Source: Phycisphaerales bacterium (GTDB lineage Bacteria > Planctomycetota > Phycisphaerae > Phycisphaerales > UBA1924). From it: a stretch of DNA of 51,949 bases. Every line of letters starts with the position of its first letter. Position 1 is the first letter of the stretch. The stretch lies in assembly GCA_035298585.1 (NCBI GenBank), contig DATGXW010000390.1, forward strand, positions 1-51,949, given 5' to 3'. Shown piece after piece: positions 7,866 to 16,436 of the stretch. Below the pieces are notes generated by a model. That model did not search any database, was not told the origin of the DNA, and was given only the letters and a program-made list of their open reading frames with translations. The position numbers were made by a program, and so were the translations under genes.

Positions 7866-8687
7866 CTATTCAACGCCCGGCTCGTGCATCGCCGGTCCGA
7901 TCAGCACCCCGCCCCCCGGGACCGACGCTGATACCAGGGGAAGGCCCATGACCGGGCCGAGCTTCTCAGCCGTCAGTGTGCTGCGAGCCTCGCCTTCAAA
8001 CGCCACCAGGCCATCGTGCGAGAGAACCATCGCGCGGTCCGCCACCCGGGCCGCAAGGCTGAGATCGTGGAGCACGACGGCGACGGCCGCGCCCGCCCGG
8101 GCGATCTCCTGGAATAGCTCGAGTGCACACAGAGCATGCCGGGGATCCATCGCCGAGATCGGTTCATCCGCCACCAGCGCCAGCGTTCCATGGGCCTTGG
8201 ACTGGAGTGGGATCTCCATCTGAACCAGTGCACGTGCAAGGGTCACCCGCTGCTGCTGGCCGGCGGAAAGCTCTCCGTACGAGTCGCCGGCCCGGTCGGC
8301 GAGTTCCACGCGGGCCAGTGCCCGAACGATCGCCTCGTTGGCGTCCCCGGTCGAGGCCTCGCCGGCGGCGTACCGACCCATTCCTACCAGATCCCGTACT
8401 TTATAGGCAAATGCAGCTTCGGATCGCTGCGGGACATAGACCAGCCGGCGTGCACGTTCATGGCCGCGGAGGCGGGCGACGTCCAGACCGTCGAGGGTGA
8501 CGCGTCCTGAACGGGGGGCAATCAAACCAAGTGCAGCGCGGGCAAGTGTGCTCTTTCCCGCCCCGTTGGGACCGACGATCACCGTGACAGAGCCGGGTTC
8601 AAAGCTGGCGGTCAGGCCGCGCAGGACCATCCGGTCGGACCTGCCCGTCCCGTACCCTGCATGAACATTCTCAAGCCGCAGCGCCAT
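7866..8687 (-). CDS. ABC transporter ATP-binding protein, FepC/HmuV-like (iron-siderophore/heme type)
   Basis: Motifs are Walker A GPNGAGKST, signature LSAGQQQR, Walker B LVADEP and an H-loop VLHDL. Confidence 0.9.
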   Translation of the reverse strand: MALRLENVHAGYGTGRSDRMVLRGLTASFEPGSVTVIVGPNGAGKSTLARAALGLIAPRSGRVTLDGLDVARLRGHERARRLVYVPQRSEAAFAYKVRDLVGMGRYAAGEASTGDANEAIVRALARVELADRAGDSYGELSAGQQQRVTLARALVQMEIPLQSKAHGTLALVADEPISAMDPRHALCALELFQEIARAGAAVAVVLHDLSLAARVADRAMVLSHDGLVAFEGEARSTLTAEKLGPVMGLPLVSASVPGGGVLIGPAMHEPGVE

Positions 8688-8765
8688 GCCTCAGATGCTA
8701 CCATCGCCGCACACGGGCGCTTTCAAAAGCCCGTGTGCAAGACGCTGACTCATGAGGTTCGCCCT

Positions 8766-9758
8766 GTGAATGCCATCAAGACCGTCGCGGTGACCGGCGC
8801 TGCCGGGTTTGTGGGGCGCCAGATCGTCGCCCGCCTGCTCTCCAAGGGTTACCACATTCGTGCGCTCGTCCGCGACCGGTCCAAGGTCCGGGGCGTGCTG
8901 CCGTCGGGCGATCCGCGCGTGACGGTGGTGGTGGGGGACGCCGCCGACGCCTCGGTGGCGGGGGAACTGGTGCGGGGTGCACAGGCGTGCATCAACGTGA
9001 TCGGGATCATCCGGGAAGAAGGCGGTTCCACGTTTTCCAAGGCGCACGTGCGCACCACCGAGGCGCTGGTCGCGGCGGCGAGCGCTGCCGGGTGCGGTCG
9101 CTTCCTCCAGATGTCTGCTCTTGGCGTGGGGCACGATGGCAATACCGAGTACCGCAGGACCAAGTGGGATGGCGAACAGGTTGTCCGCAAGAGCGACCTG
9201 GCGTGGACGATCTTCCGTCCTTCCATGATCCATGGGAAGGATGGGGAGTTCATCCAGACCGCCGTGGGATGGGCGACCGGAAAGACCGCGCCCTGGTTCT
9301 TCCTGCCTTACTTCACCCGGCGCGAGCCCAACCCCGTGTGTCCGACCGGAACGGCGCCGGAATTTGATCCGGTGCTCGCACCGGTCAGGGTGGAGGATGT
9401 GGCGGAGGCATTCGTTTCTTCGCTGAACAAGCCCGAGACGGTGGGCGAGATCTATAACCTCGCCGGACCCGAGGTCCTTTCGTGGCCGCAGATGCTGCTG
9501 ACGATCCGGGACGGGGTGCCGGGCGCCAAGAAGAACATGGTTGCCTGGGGCATCCCGGGAGACCTTGCAGCGATGAAAGCCAAGGCGGCCAAGGTTGCCG
9601 GGCTGGGGTGGGCGCTCCCCTTTGATGAGGGGATGGCCAGGATGGGCATGGAGGATTCGACCGCTTCCTTGGACAAGGCCCGGGCGGACCTGGGAATCGA
9701 TTTCCAGCCGTTCACCCGATCATTCGGGACTTACGCCGCATCGCTGGGCGAACACTGA
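8766..9758 (+). CDS. NAD(P)-binding atypical SDR (NDUFA9/NmrA-like epimerase-dehydratase fold)
   Basis: The Rossmann motif VAVTGAAGFVGRQIVARLL lies directly after GTG 8766. The longer track ORF (ATG 8661) would overlap the divergent ABC gene, so I prefer GTG 8766. The start is uncertain. Confidence 0.8.
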   Translation: MNAIKTVAVTGAAGFVGRQIVARLLSKGYHIRALVRDRSKVRGVLPSGDPRVTVVVGDAADASVAGELVRGAQACINVIGIIREEGGSTFSKAHVRTTEALVAAASAAGCGRFLQMSALGVGHDGNTEYRRTKWDGEQVVRKSDLAWTIFRPSMIHGKDGEFIQTAVGWATGKTAPWFFLPYFTRREPNPVCPTGTAPEFDPVLAPVRVEDVAEAFVSSLNKPETVGEIYNLAGPEVLSWPQMLLTIRDGVPGAKKNMVAWGIPGDLAAMKAKAAKVAGLGWALPFDEGMARMGMEDSTASLDKARADLGIDFQPFTRSFGTYAASLGEH

Positions 9759-9987
9759 AAACTCTTTCAGACACTGTGAACAGCAGTCACCGCCGGAAGC
9801 CCGGTGGGACCGAAACCCGGCCGTGGGCGACCTGGTAAAGAGGGTCGCGGGCGTGTGTTCGGATACTCTGTAGCCAGCCCATCCTGACGGCGACGTATTT
9901 CAACTGCAACTTTCAACCGACGGAATCACTCCACTGACCACGCACCAGACCAATTCGTATCGTTTCAAGAGGCGGCTGCTTGAGCAC

Positions 9988-12405
9988 ATGACGCACGAGG
10001 GGTACATCCCATCGCGCATCGAGACGCTCGCGGCGGACCTTCGCATCGCCGAGCCCGACCGGGAGGCGTTTGCGCGCGAGGTTGACCAGCTTTCGATCGA
10101 CAAGGTTCTGGAGGTGACGCAGGGTGGTCATGTCGTGCTTCCGTCGCTGGGCTCATCGAGCGGGATGGTCGAGGGCGTGTTCCGCAAGAACCAGCGCGGG
10201 TTCGGGTTCGTGGAACCCCTGACGCCGTTCCGTGAGGGTTCGGTGTTCATCGCCGCCGAGGACACGGCCGATGCGCTCTCGGGCGACACCGTGCGCGTCC
10301 AGGTGCTGCGCGACCGGCGTGACAACCGCTTCTCGGGCCGGATCGTGGATGTCGTCACGCGCAAGCGCACGAGTTTCAGCGGCGAACTGACCAAGCGGGG
10401 CGGGCAATGGCTTGTCTATCCCGACGGGCGGCAGATCACCGAGCCGATCGTGGTGCGCGATGCGGAGAGCAAGAACGCACGCGAGGGGATGAAGGTCATC
10501 GTCGACATCACCGTCTTCCCCGAGGCCGGTGAGCAGGGATCCTCGACGCTGGCCGAGGGCGTGATCACCAAGGTGCTGGGCGAGGCGGGGCGTCCTGACG
10601 TCGAGACCGCGGCGGTCATCGCGGCGTTCGGACTTCCGGGCGATTTCCCGGTCGAGTGCGTCGAGCAGGCACGCGAGGCCGCGGCCGACTACGACGTCCA
10701 GATGGAGCGGTACAAGGCCGAGGGGATCTCCGCACTGCCGCTGCGAGCGGACCTGACCGGCGACTTTGTGCTGACGATCGACCCGCCGGACGCGAAGGAC
10801 TATGACGACGCGATCTGCATCAAGAAGACCGAGAAGGGCTGGGACCTTGCGGTGCACATCGCGGACGTGGCGCACTTCATCCCGCCGGGTTCACCGCTGG
10901 ACGTTGAGGCCAAGGAGCGTTCCAACTCGGTGTACCTCCCGCGGCTGGTGATCCCGATGCTGCCCGAGGTGCTTTCCAACGGCATCTGCTCGCTGCAGGA
11001 GGGCGTCCACCGCTTCTGCAAGACGGCGTTCATCCGCTATGACCGCGACGGGCGGGTGATCGCCGAGGGCGTGGGAAGCTCGCTGATCAAGTCGACCAAG
11101 CGACTCACGTATCTCGAGGCGCAGGCGTTGATCGACGGGGACATCGAGGAGGCCCGCCGTCATGCCAAGACGCCGCCGAAGTACACCGATGAACTGCTCG
11201 AAAACCTCAAGGAGATGAACCAGCTCGCGCTGGCAATCCAAGCACGGCGTCAGCGGCAGGGGATGATCACGCTGGAGCTGCCGGACGTGGTGTTGATCTA
11301 CGACGAGCAGGGGCACGTGGTGGATGCCGAGCGTGAAGATGACGCGTTCACGCACACGCTGATCGAGATGTTCATGGTCGAGGCCAACGAGGTGCTGGCG
11401 CGTCTCTTTGAGAAGCTGAGCGTGCCGCTCCTGCGTCGAACGCACCCCGAGCCGACGCCGGGCGAGGCCGAGGGGCTGCGCAAGGCGGCGATGGTGGCGG
11501 GGTTCAAGATCCCCAAGAACCCGACGCGCGAGGAGCTGCAGGGGCTGGTGAACGCGACGCGTGGAACGCCGGCGGCGCGGGCGGTGCACATGGCGGTGCT
11601 CCGGACGTTGACAAAGGCGGAGTATTCGCCGGCGATCGTGGGGCACTTTGCGCTCGCGAGCGAGGCGTATGCACACTTTACAAGCCCGATCCGCCGCTAC
11701 GCGGACCTGACGGTGCACCGTGCGGTTGCGGAATATCTCTTCCACACGGAGAACGGGACGCGGCGTCCGCGTGATGATGAGGAGGCTTCCAGGCTGGGCG
11801 CCAAGCTTCGCGACAGCCGGATGTGCCCCTCGGAGATGGAGCTGAGCGAGATCGGCCGGCACGCGACGCGGCAGGAGGGCAACGCCGAGGAGGCGGAGCG
11901 AAGCCTGCGGAGCTTCCTGGTCCTGCAGCTGCTCGAAAAGCACATCGGCGAAGTCTTCCCGGGCGTGGTGACGAACGTGAGCCCGCGCGGGCTGTTTGTC
12001 CAGCTCGACAAGTACCTGGCGGACGGCTTTGTGAAGAAGGAAGACATCCCCGGCGACGTGACGCGCGAGAACCTGCAGCCCTTCTGGGTGATCGACCAGC
12101 GGACGGGGGCGCTCGTGGATCAACGATCTGGCCGCAGCTTCAACATGGGCGACGCGGTGAAGATCCGCGTGATCGGGGTCGACCTCGCCAAGCGTCAGAT
12201 GGAGTGCGTGATCGCCGAGGCGGAGGGGCGCGCCGCGGGCAAGGCCAAGAAGACCGGGCCCTTTGTCGGCGGCGGGCTGGGAAGCTCGGGCGGCGGCGCC
12301 GGGTTCAAGGACTGGGATTCCCGCAGATCGACGGGCGGGCAGCGTCGCAGCCAGAAGAGCAAGGAGCGAGACAAGCGCAAGGGCAATCACCGCCGCGATC
12401 CTTGA
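9988..12405 (+). CDS. rnr: ribonuclease R
   Basis: RNB-domain motifs are present (DPPDAKDYDDAI and HFALASEAYAHFTSPIRRYADLTVHR). There is an S1 domain (FPGVVTNVSPRGLFVQL) and a Lys/Arg-rich tail. The frame is open back to 9874, but no ATG/GTG/TTG occurs there. Confidence 0.95.
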   Translation: MTHEGYIPSRIETLAADLRIAEPDREAFAREVDQLSIDKVLEVTQGGHVVLPSLGSSSGMVEGVFRKNQRGFGFVEPLTPFREGSVFIAAEDTADALSGDTVRVQVLRDRRDNRFSGRIVDVVTRKRTSFSGELTKRGGQWLVYPDGRQITEPIVVRDAESKNAREGMKVIVDITVFPEAGEQGSSTLAEGVITKVLGEAGRPDVETAAVIAAFGLPGDFPVECVEQAREAAADYDVQMERYKAEGISALPLRADLTGDFVLTIDPPDAKDYDDAICIKKTEKGWDLAVHIADVAHFIPPGSPLDVEAKERSNSVYLPRLVIPMLPEVLSNGICSLQEGVHRFCKTAFIRYDRDGRVIAEGVGSSLIKSTKRLTYLEAQALIDGDIEEARRHAKTPPKYTDELLENLKEMNQLALAIQARRQRQGMITLELPDVVLIYDEQGHVVDAEREDDAFTHTLIEMFMVEANEVLARLFEKLSVPLLRRTHPEPTPGEAEGLRKAAMVAGFKIPKNPTREELQGLVNATRGTPAARAVHMAVLRTLTKAEYSPAIVGHFALASEAYAHFTSPIRRYADLTVHRAVAEYLFHTENGTRRPRDDEEASRLGAKLRDSRMCPSEMELSEIGRHATRQEGNAEEAERSLRSFLVLQLLEKHIGEVFPGVVTNVSPRGLFVQLDKYLADGFVKKEDIPGDVTRENLQPFWVIDQRTGALVDQRSGRSFNMGDAVKIRVIGVDLAKRQMECVIAEAEGRAAGKAKKTGPFVGGGLGSSGGGAGFKDWDSRRSTGGQRRSQKSKERDKRKGNHRRDP

Positions 12406-12426
12406 GCGTGCGGCCCGGTCGCACGC
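12406..12426. terminator. hairpin between the convergent rnr and GT41 genes
   Basis: GCGTGCG-GCCCGGT-CGCACGC forms a 7-bp stem with a 7-nt loop. There is no U-tract, so terminator function is only inferred from its position. Confidence 0.25.
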
Positions 12427-12434
12427 CCGATCGC

Positions 12435-14192
12435 TCACCGGAGCGTGCCCAAGAGCACACGCTCGAAGCGGCGGGTGAAATTGTCCGCCCGGCAGAGCGG
12501 GGAGTTGAAGAGGCGGTCGCGCAGATTCGAGCGGTACATGGCCAGGCGGGCGGCGTCGCGGGCGAGTGTGCACACGATGCTGAGGTATTGGTCGTGCGTC
12601 CGTGCGATCAGCGAAGTTTCGCCCAGGTTGGTGAGGATGCTGGCGCCGACCCGGCCTGCGTGTGCAGAACCCATCAGCGTGACCACGGGCACACCCATCG
12701 AGAGCGCCTCGTAGGTGGTGGTGGTGCCGTTGTAGGGGAAGGGGTCGAGGGCGAGGGTCACGCGGCTGTAGAGGGCCAGGTGCTCGGCCACCGAGGGAAG
12801 CGGGCCCAGGAGCTCGAGTCGCGAGGGATCAATGCCGTGCGACTCGAACGCGGCTCGGTAGCGGTCCTGCACTGTTTGTTCTGAGAATGAGCGGGCCTTG
12901 AGCAGGAGCTTTGAGCCGGGCAAGAGCTTGAGGATCGCGGCCCAGGTCTGGACGACGTGCACATTGACCTTGGAGAGCACATTGAAGGACCCCAGGGTGA
13001 TGGGGGCCTCGGGATTGAATGGGATGACGGCGGGCAGATTGTCCGGGGGCTGGTAACAACTGAAGCTTCCGGGGCCCGGGATGCGGAGGAGCTTTTCGGC
13101 GGCGTCTTCTTCTGAACCGGCGGGGTCGGTGATCTCATCGACGAGCCGGTAGTCGACGGTCGAAAGGCCGGTGGTGGCGGGGTACCCGCAGTAGGTCATC
13201 TGGACGGGGGCGCCGCGGAGTGCAAGGACGCCCAGGCGATGGTTGTTGGTGAGCCCGGCGAGGTCGATCAGGATGTCCACGCCGTCGGTGCGGAGCTGCC
13301 GGGTGACGGCGACGTCGTTGATCCTGGCGACGTCGCGCCAGGTATCGAAGAGACCCGAGATCGTGCGTGTTCGCTCGTCGGGGGATGCGGTGCTGGAGTA
13401 TCCGAAGAGTTCGAAGCGAGTGCGGTCGTGATTCCTGAGAATCGGTTCGATGAAGTACGCGACCGAGTGTTCGCGGAAGTCCGGGGACATGTAGGCGATC
13501 CTGATCCGGCCCTCCGGACGGGGCGGGGCTGGGAGGCTCGGCAGGGGCGGGTTTGCATCGCGCGCGGCGGCGATGAGCGCATCACCGAAAGCGCGGTGCG
13601 CCGCGAGGCGTTCGCCGGGATGCTCCTGGTCGACGTAGTTGAGGATGTTGGCGAGGCAGCGGCTGATAGCCGCGTCGCCGGGCCTTGCGCGCAGACGGGC
13701 ACGGATGAAGGCGGCGGCCTGATCTGCGCGACCTGAATCAAGCTGAAGGAGCGCGAGGTTGTTGGCGGCCTCGAAGCGGTCGGGCCTGAGCTCGGCCGCC
13801 TCCCTGAGCGAACGCTCGGCGTCGTCGAGCCGGCCCTTCTTGATGAAGATGTTGCCGAGGTTGATGCGAGAGGAGTAGAGCGATGGATCGATTGAAATCG
13901 CGTGCTCGAGGGACTTGATCGCGCTGTCGAGCTTGCCCGAGTACATGTAGGCCTCGCCCAGGACCGCGCGGGCCGAGGCGCTGGAAGGGGCGGCGGCGGC
14001 CGCGCGCTCGAGGAAGTACACGGCCGATTCGGGCTGGCCGATCTCGACCAGAACGCCCCCCATCAGCAGGTTCAGGTCAGGATCGGCGGGAGAGCGCTGC
14101 AACGCCCGCTGGAGCGACTGGCGTGCATCGTCCAATCGACCCTGGTCGTAGAGCTTGCGTGCCGCGATGTAGGCGGGGGAGGTGGTCGACAT
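12435..14192 (-). CDS. TPR-repeat protein fused to an O-GlcNAc-transferase-like (GT41, SPINDLY-family) domain
   Basis: The N-terminal TPR repeats include AVYFLERAAAAAP and LGNIFIKKGRLDDAERSL. The C-terminal part (RIAYMSPDFREHSVAYFIEPILRNHDRTRFELFGYS...GVPVVTL) follows the GT41 pattern. Confidence 0.85.
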   Translation of the reverse strand: MSTTSPAYIAARKLYDQGRLDDARQSLQRALQRSPADPDLNLLMGGVLVEIGQPESAVYFLERAAAAAPSSASARAVLGEAYMYSGKLDSAIKSLEHAISIDPSLYSSRINLGNIFIKKGRLDDAERSLREAAELRPDRFEAANNLALLQLDSGRADQAAAFIRARLRARPGDAAISRCLANILNYVDQEHPGERLAAHRAFGDALIAAARDANPPLPSLPAPPRPEGRIRIAYMSPDFREHSVAYFIEPILRNHDRTRFELFGYSSTASPDERTRTISGLFDTWRDVARINDVAVTRQLRTDGVDILIDLAGLTNNHRLGVLALRGAPVQMTYCGYPATTGLSTVDYRLVDEITDPAGSEEDAAEKLLRIPGPGSFSCYQPPDNLPAVIPFNPEAPITLGSFNVLSKVNVHVVQTWAAILKLLPGSKLLLKARSFSEQTVQDRYRAAFESHGIDPSRLELLGPLPSVAEHLALYSRVTLALDPFPYNGTTTTYEALSMGVPVVTLMGSAHAGRVGASILTNLGETSLIARTHDQYLSIVCTLARDAARLAMYRSNLRDRLFNSPLCRADNFTRRFERVLLGTLR

Positions 14193-14210
14193 GATGCTGC
14201 GTGCGGGGCG

Positions 14211-14834
14211 TCAGTTGCGGGTGATGCTGTCGACCAGTGCGTTCCAGCCTTCGGTGATGCGGGTCATCCCTTCCGCGGGACCGGTCGACTTGATAAAGAC
14301 CATCTGGGGGCCTGATTCGACGATCGCGCCGCGCATCATCCACTCGGGAAGCGGGGCGGGGTCCGACATGCCCTGGTATGTGCCGCGGATCTCAACCACG
14401 TGGACTTTCATGCCGGCGATGTCGCGGACCACCGTCTGCGCTTTGGCCGGCTGGCCGGAGGCGTCCTTGACCTGGCCTTCCCAGCGGGCGATGTTGGATG
14501 CGACGTCGCCCCCGGCGATCGAGATGGTTGTCAGGCAGGTTCTGGCGGCGTCGCCGGAAGGATCGGGAACGGTGAGTTCGGCAAGACGCATGGGACTTGA
14601 CGGGGGCGAAGAGATCCAGCCGGCGGGGATCTTCAGCGAGATGGGGCCGGCGGTGATGGCCGCGGGCTGGGAGGCCTGCGGCGCGGGGGCAGGCGACGGC
14701 GTCTGACCCGAGGAGGGCGCGGGGGCGGGCTGGGGAGAGGTTGCTTCTTCCTTGCATGCCTGGAGCGCCAGGAGGGGAATGCACACGAGGGGGAGGTAGA
14801 AGGCGGCGCGGCGTAAGGGGGTGTCGTGATTCAT
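14211..14834 (-). CDS. lipoprotein of unknown function
   Basis: The internal ATG is at 14834. The signal and lipobox are AAFYLPLVCIPLLALQAC, followed by a Pro/Ser/Ala linker and then a globular part. Confidence 0.55.
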   Translation of the reverse strand: MNHDTPLRRAAFYLPLVCIPLLALQACKEEATSPQPAPAPSSGQTPSPAPAPQASQPAAITAGPISLKIPAGWISSPPSSPMRLAELTVPDPSGDAARTCLTTISIAGGDVASNIARWEGQVKDASGQPAKAQTVVRDIAGMKVHVVEIRGTYQGMSDPAPLPEWMMRGAIVESGPQMVFIKSTGPAEGMTRITEGWNALVDSITRN

Positions 14835-15015
14835 ACATTCCATAGTATCAGGATCGGGACCGGCGGCCGTTTCAATCACGTTGTTTTAAGACCGCGGTGC
14901 TCGGGTGATGCTCTCCTTGCAATGCGATGCTGGACGCGCCTTGCGGAGGAGGGATGCCAATGATGTTGTCCATGAATCCGGCGAGGTGTTCGCCGCGCGG
15001 CGGTGCTGAATGTGT

Positions 15016-15042
15016 ATCGATGGCCATCGATGTGTGCACACA
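15016..15042. promoter_or_regulatory. two abutting perfect palindromes upstream of the RND efflux operon (candidate operator)
   Basis: ATCGATGGCCATCGAT (15016-15031, 16 bp, perfect) overlaps by 1 nt with TGTGTGCACACA (15031-15042, 12 bp, perfect). They lie ~100 bp upstream of the MFP start at 15139. Confidence 0.35.
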
Positions 15043-15138
15043 GCAGCGCGGTGTGCAGCACGGCACGAGAACGCGGGAAGATCAGACACGCGTGGACTGC
15101 GCGGTGCGCGGGTTTGCGGCGTGAGGAAGGATGCTGCC

Positions 15139-16344
15139 ATGAAGAACCGGAGCCTGGTGGGTTGTGCGGCGGGTGTGCTTGTGCTGGCCTTGCTCGCGGG
15201 CTGCAAGCGTCCCCCGACGGCCTTTGCGCCGCCGCCGCCCCCGGAAGTGACGGTGGCCAACCCCGTTGAGCAGCAGATCCCCGACACGATCGAGTTCACG
15301 GGGACGACGCGGGGCGTCAACTCGGTCGAGATCAGGGCGCGTGTGCGGGGGTTCATCGAGAAGAAGCTCGTCGACAACGGGCGGCGTGTGAAGGCCGGCG
15401 AACTGCTGTTCGTCATCGATCCTCGGACCTTTGATGCCGAGGTTCGCCAGGCGCAGGCGGAGGTGAGTGCACGCCAGTCGGACCTCAAGCTGGCGGAGAT
15501 CACGCTCGAGCGCGTGACGCAGGCGAGCGCCTCCAGCGCGGTGGCGCAGCTTGAGGTGGACCGTGCACAGGCCCAGCGGGACGGCGCCGCGGCGCAGCTC
15601 GAACTCGCCAAGGCGAGGCTGACCTCGGCGGAATTGAATCTTGAGTTCTCGCAGGTGAAATCGCCGATCGACGGCCGGGTGGGGTTTGTCGATGTCGAGG
15701 TCGGGGACCTTGTGGGAGCGTCGGAGCCGACGTTGCTGGCCCAGGTGATCGACGATTCCAAGGTCTACGCGACGTACGAGATCGATGAGCGGACGGTGCA
15801 GCGGCTGCTGGCGGCACACCAGAATCGCAGGCCGGGGGAGGATGGGCGCGAGGGGCTTGAGGTCCGTCTGGCGCAGGCCAACGACGTGGGGTTCCCGCAC
15901 ACGGGGTACTTCCACTCCGCTGACAATACCGTGAACCCGCGGACGGGCACGGTGAAGGTGGAGGCGATGTTCGACAATCCCGAGGGGAAGATCCTGCCGG
16001 GGTCGTTCGTGCGTGTGCAGCCGCAGTGGGGGATGAAGGACGCGACGCTGATCCCGCAGTCGGCGGTGCTTCAGGACCAGGCGGGGCGGTTTGTGCTCTC
16101 TGTCAACGACCAGAACAAGGTGGAGCGGATCGCCGTCAAGGTGCAGGGGGCGGCGTACCGCAGGATGCTGCCGGTGATGGAAGACTTCGGCGAACCGATA
16201 CCCGGGGCGCCCGAACCGGTGGCGAGGCTGACGGCCGCGACGCGGGTGATCGTGAACGGGATCCAGCGTGCACGCCCGGGCGTTGAGGTGAAGCCGACGC
16301 TCGCGACGCCCGCCGCCGGCGCGGTCGGCGGTTCTGGCGGCTGA
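15139..16344 (+). CDS. RND efflux periplasmic adaptor (membrane fusion protein, HlyD/AcrA family)
   Basis: ATG 15139 lies after GAGGAAGG. The lipoprotein signal is VLVLALLAGC. Lipoyl/hairpin motifs are present (GRRVKAGELLFVIDPR and VKSPIDGRVG). Confidence 0.9.
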   Translation: MKNRSLVGCAAGVLVLALLAGCKRPPTAFAPPPPPEVTVANPVEQQIPDTIEFTGTTRGVNSVEIRARVRGFIEKKLVDNGRRVKAGELLFVIDPRTFDAEVRQAQAEVSARQSDLKLAEITLERVTQASASSAVAQLEVDRAQAQRDGAAAQLELAKARLTSAELNLEFSQVKSPIDGRVGFVDVEVGDLVGASEPTLLAQVIDDSKVYATYEIDERTVQRLLAAHQNRRPGEDGREGLEVRLAQANDVGFPHTGYFHSADNTVNPRTGTVKVEAMFDNPEGKILPGSFVRVQPQWGMKDATLIPQSAVLQDQAGRFVLSVNDQNKVERIAVKVQGAAYRRMLPVMEDFGEPIPGAPEPVARLTAATRVIVNGIQRARPGVEVKPTLATPAAGAVGGSGG

Positions 16345-16436
16345 GCCCGCGGGATCTTTGCGGGGGATGCTGGAGCGAAGCGCGTCAAGGTTGGTCGGTG
16401 ACTTCTGGCCGGCGATGGCGGCCCTGGAATCAATGC

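Noticed and set aside
16398-16436. The GTG 16398 start for the RND permease, and similar maximal-length starts in the track for many genes (for example 15010, 23595, 25772, 31575, 33167, 46654, 21365 and 29680).
   Set aside because: The family-typical N-termini, signal peptides, SD-like sequences or stop/start overlaps all point to internal starts. The extensions are Arg/Pro-rich and overlap neighbouring genes.
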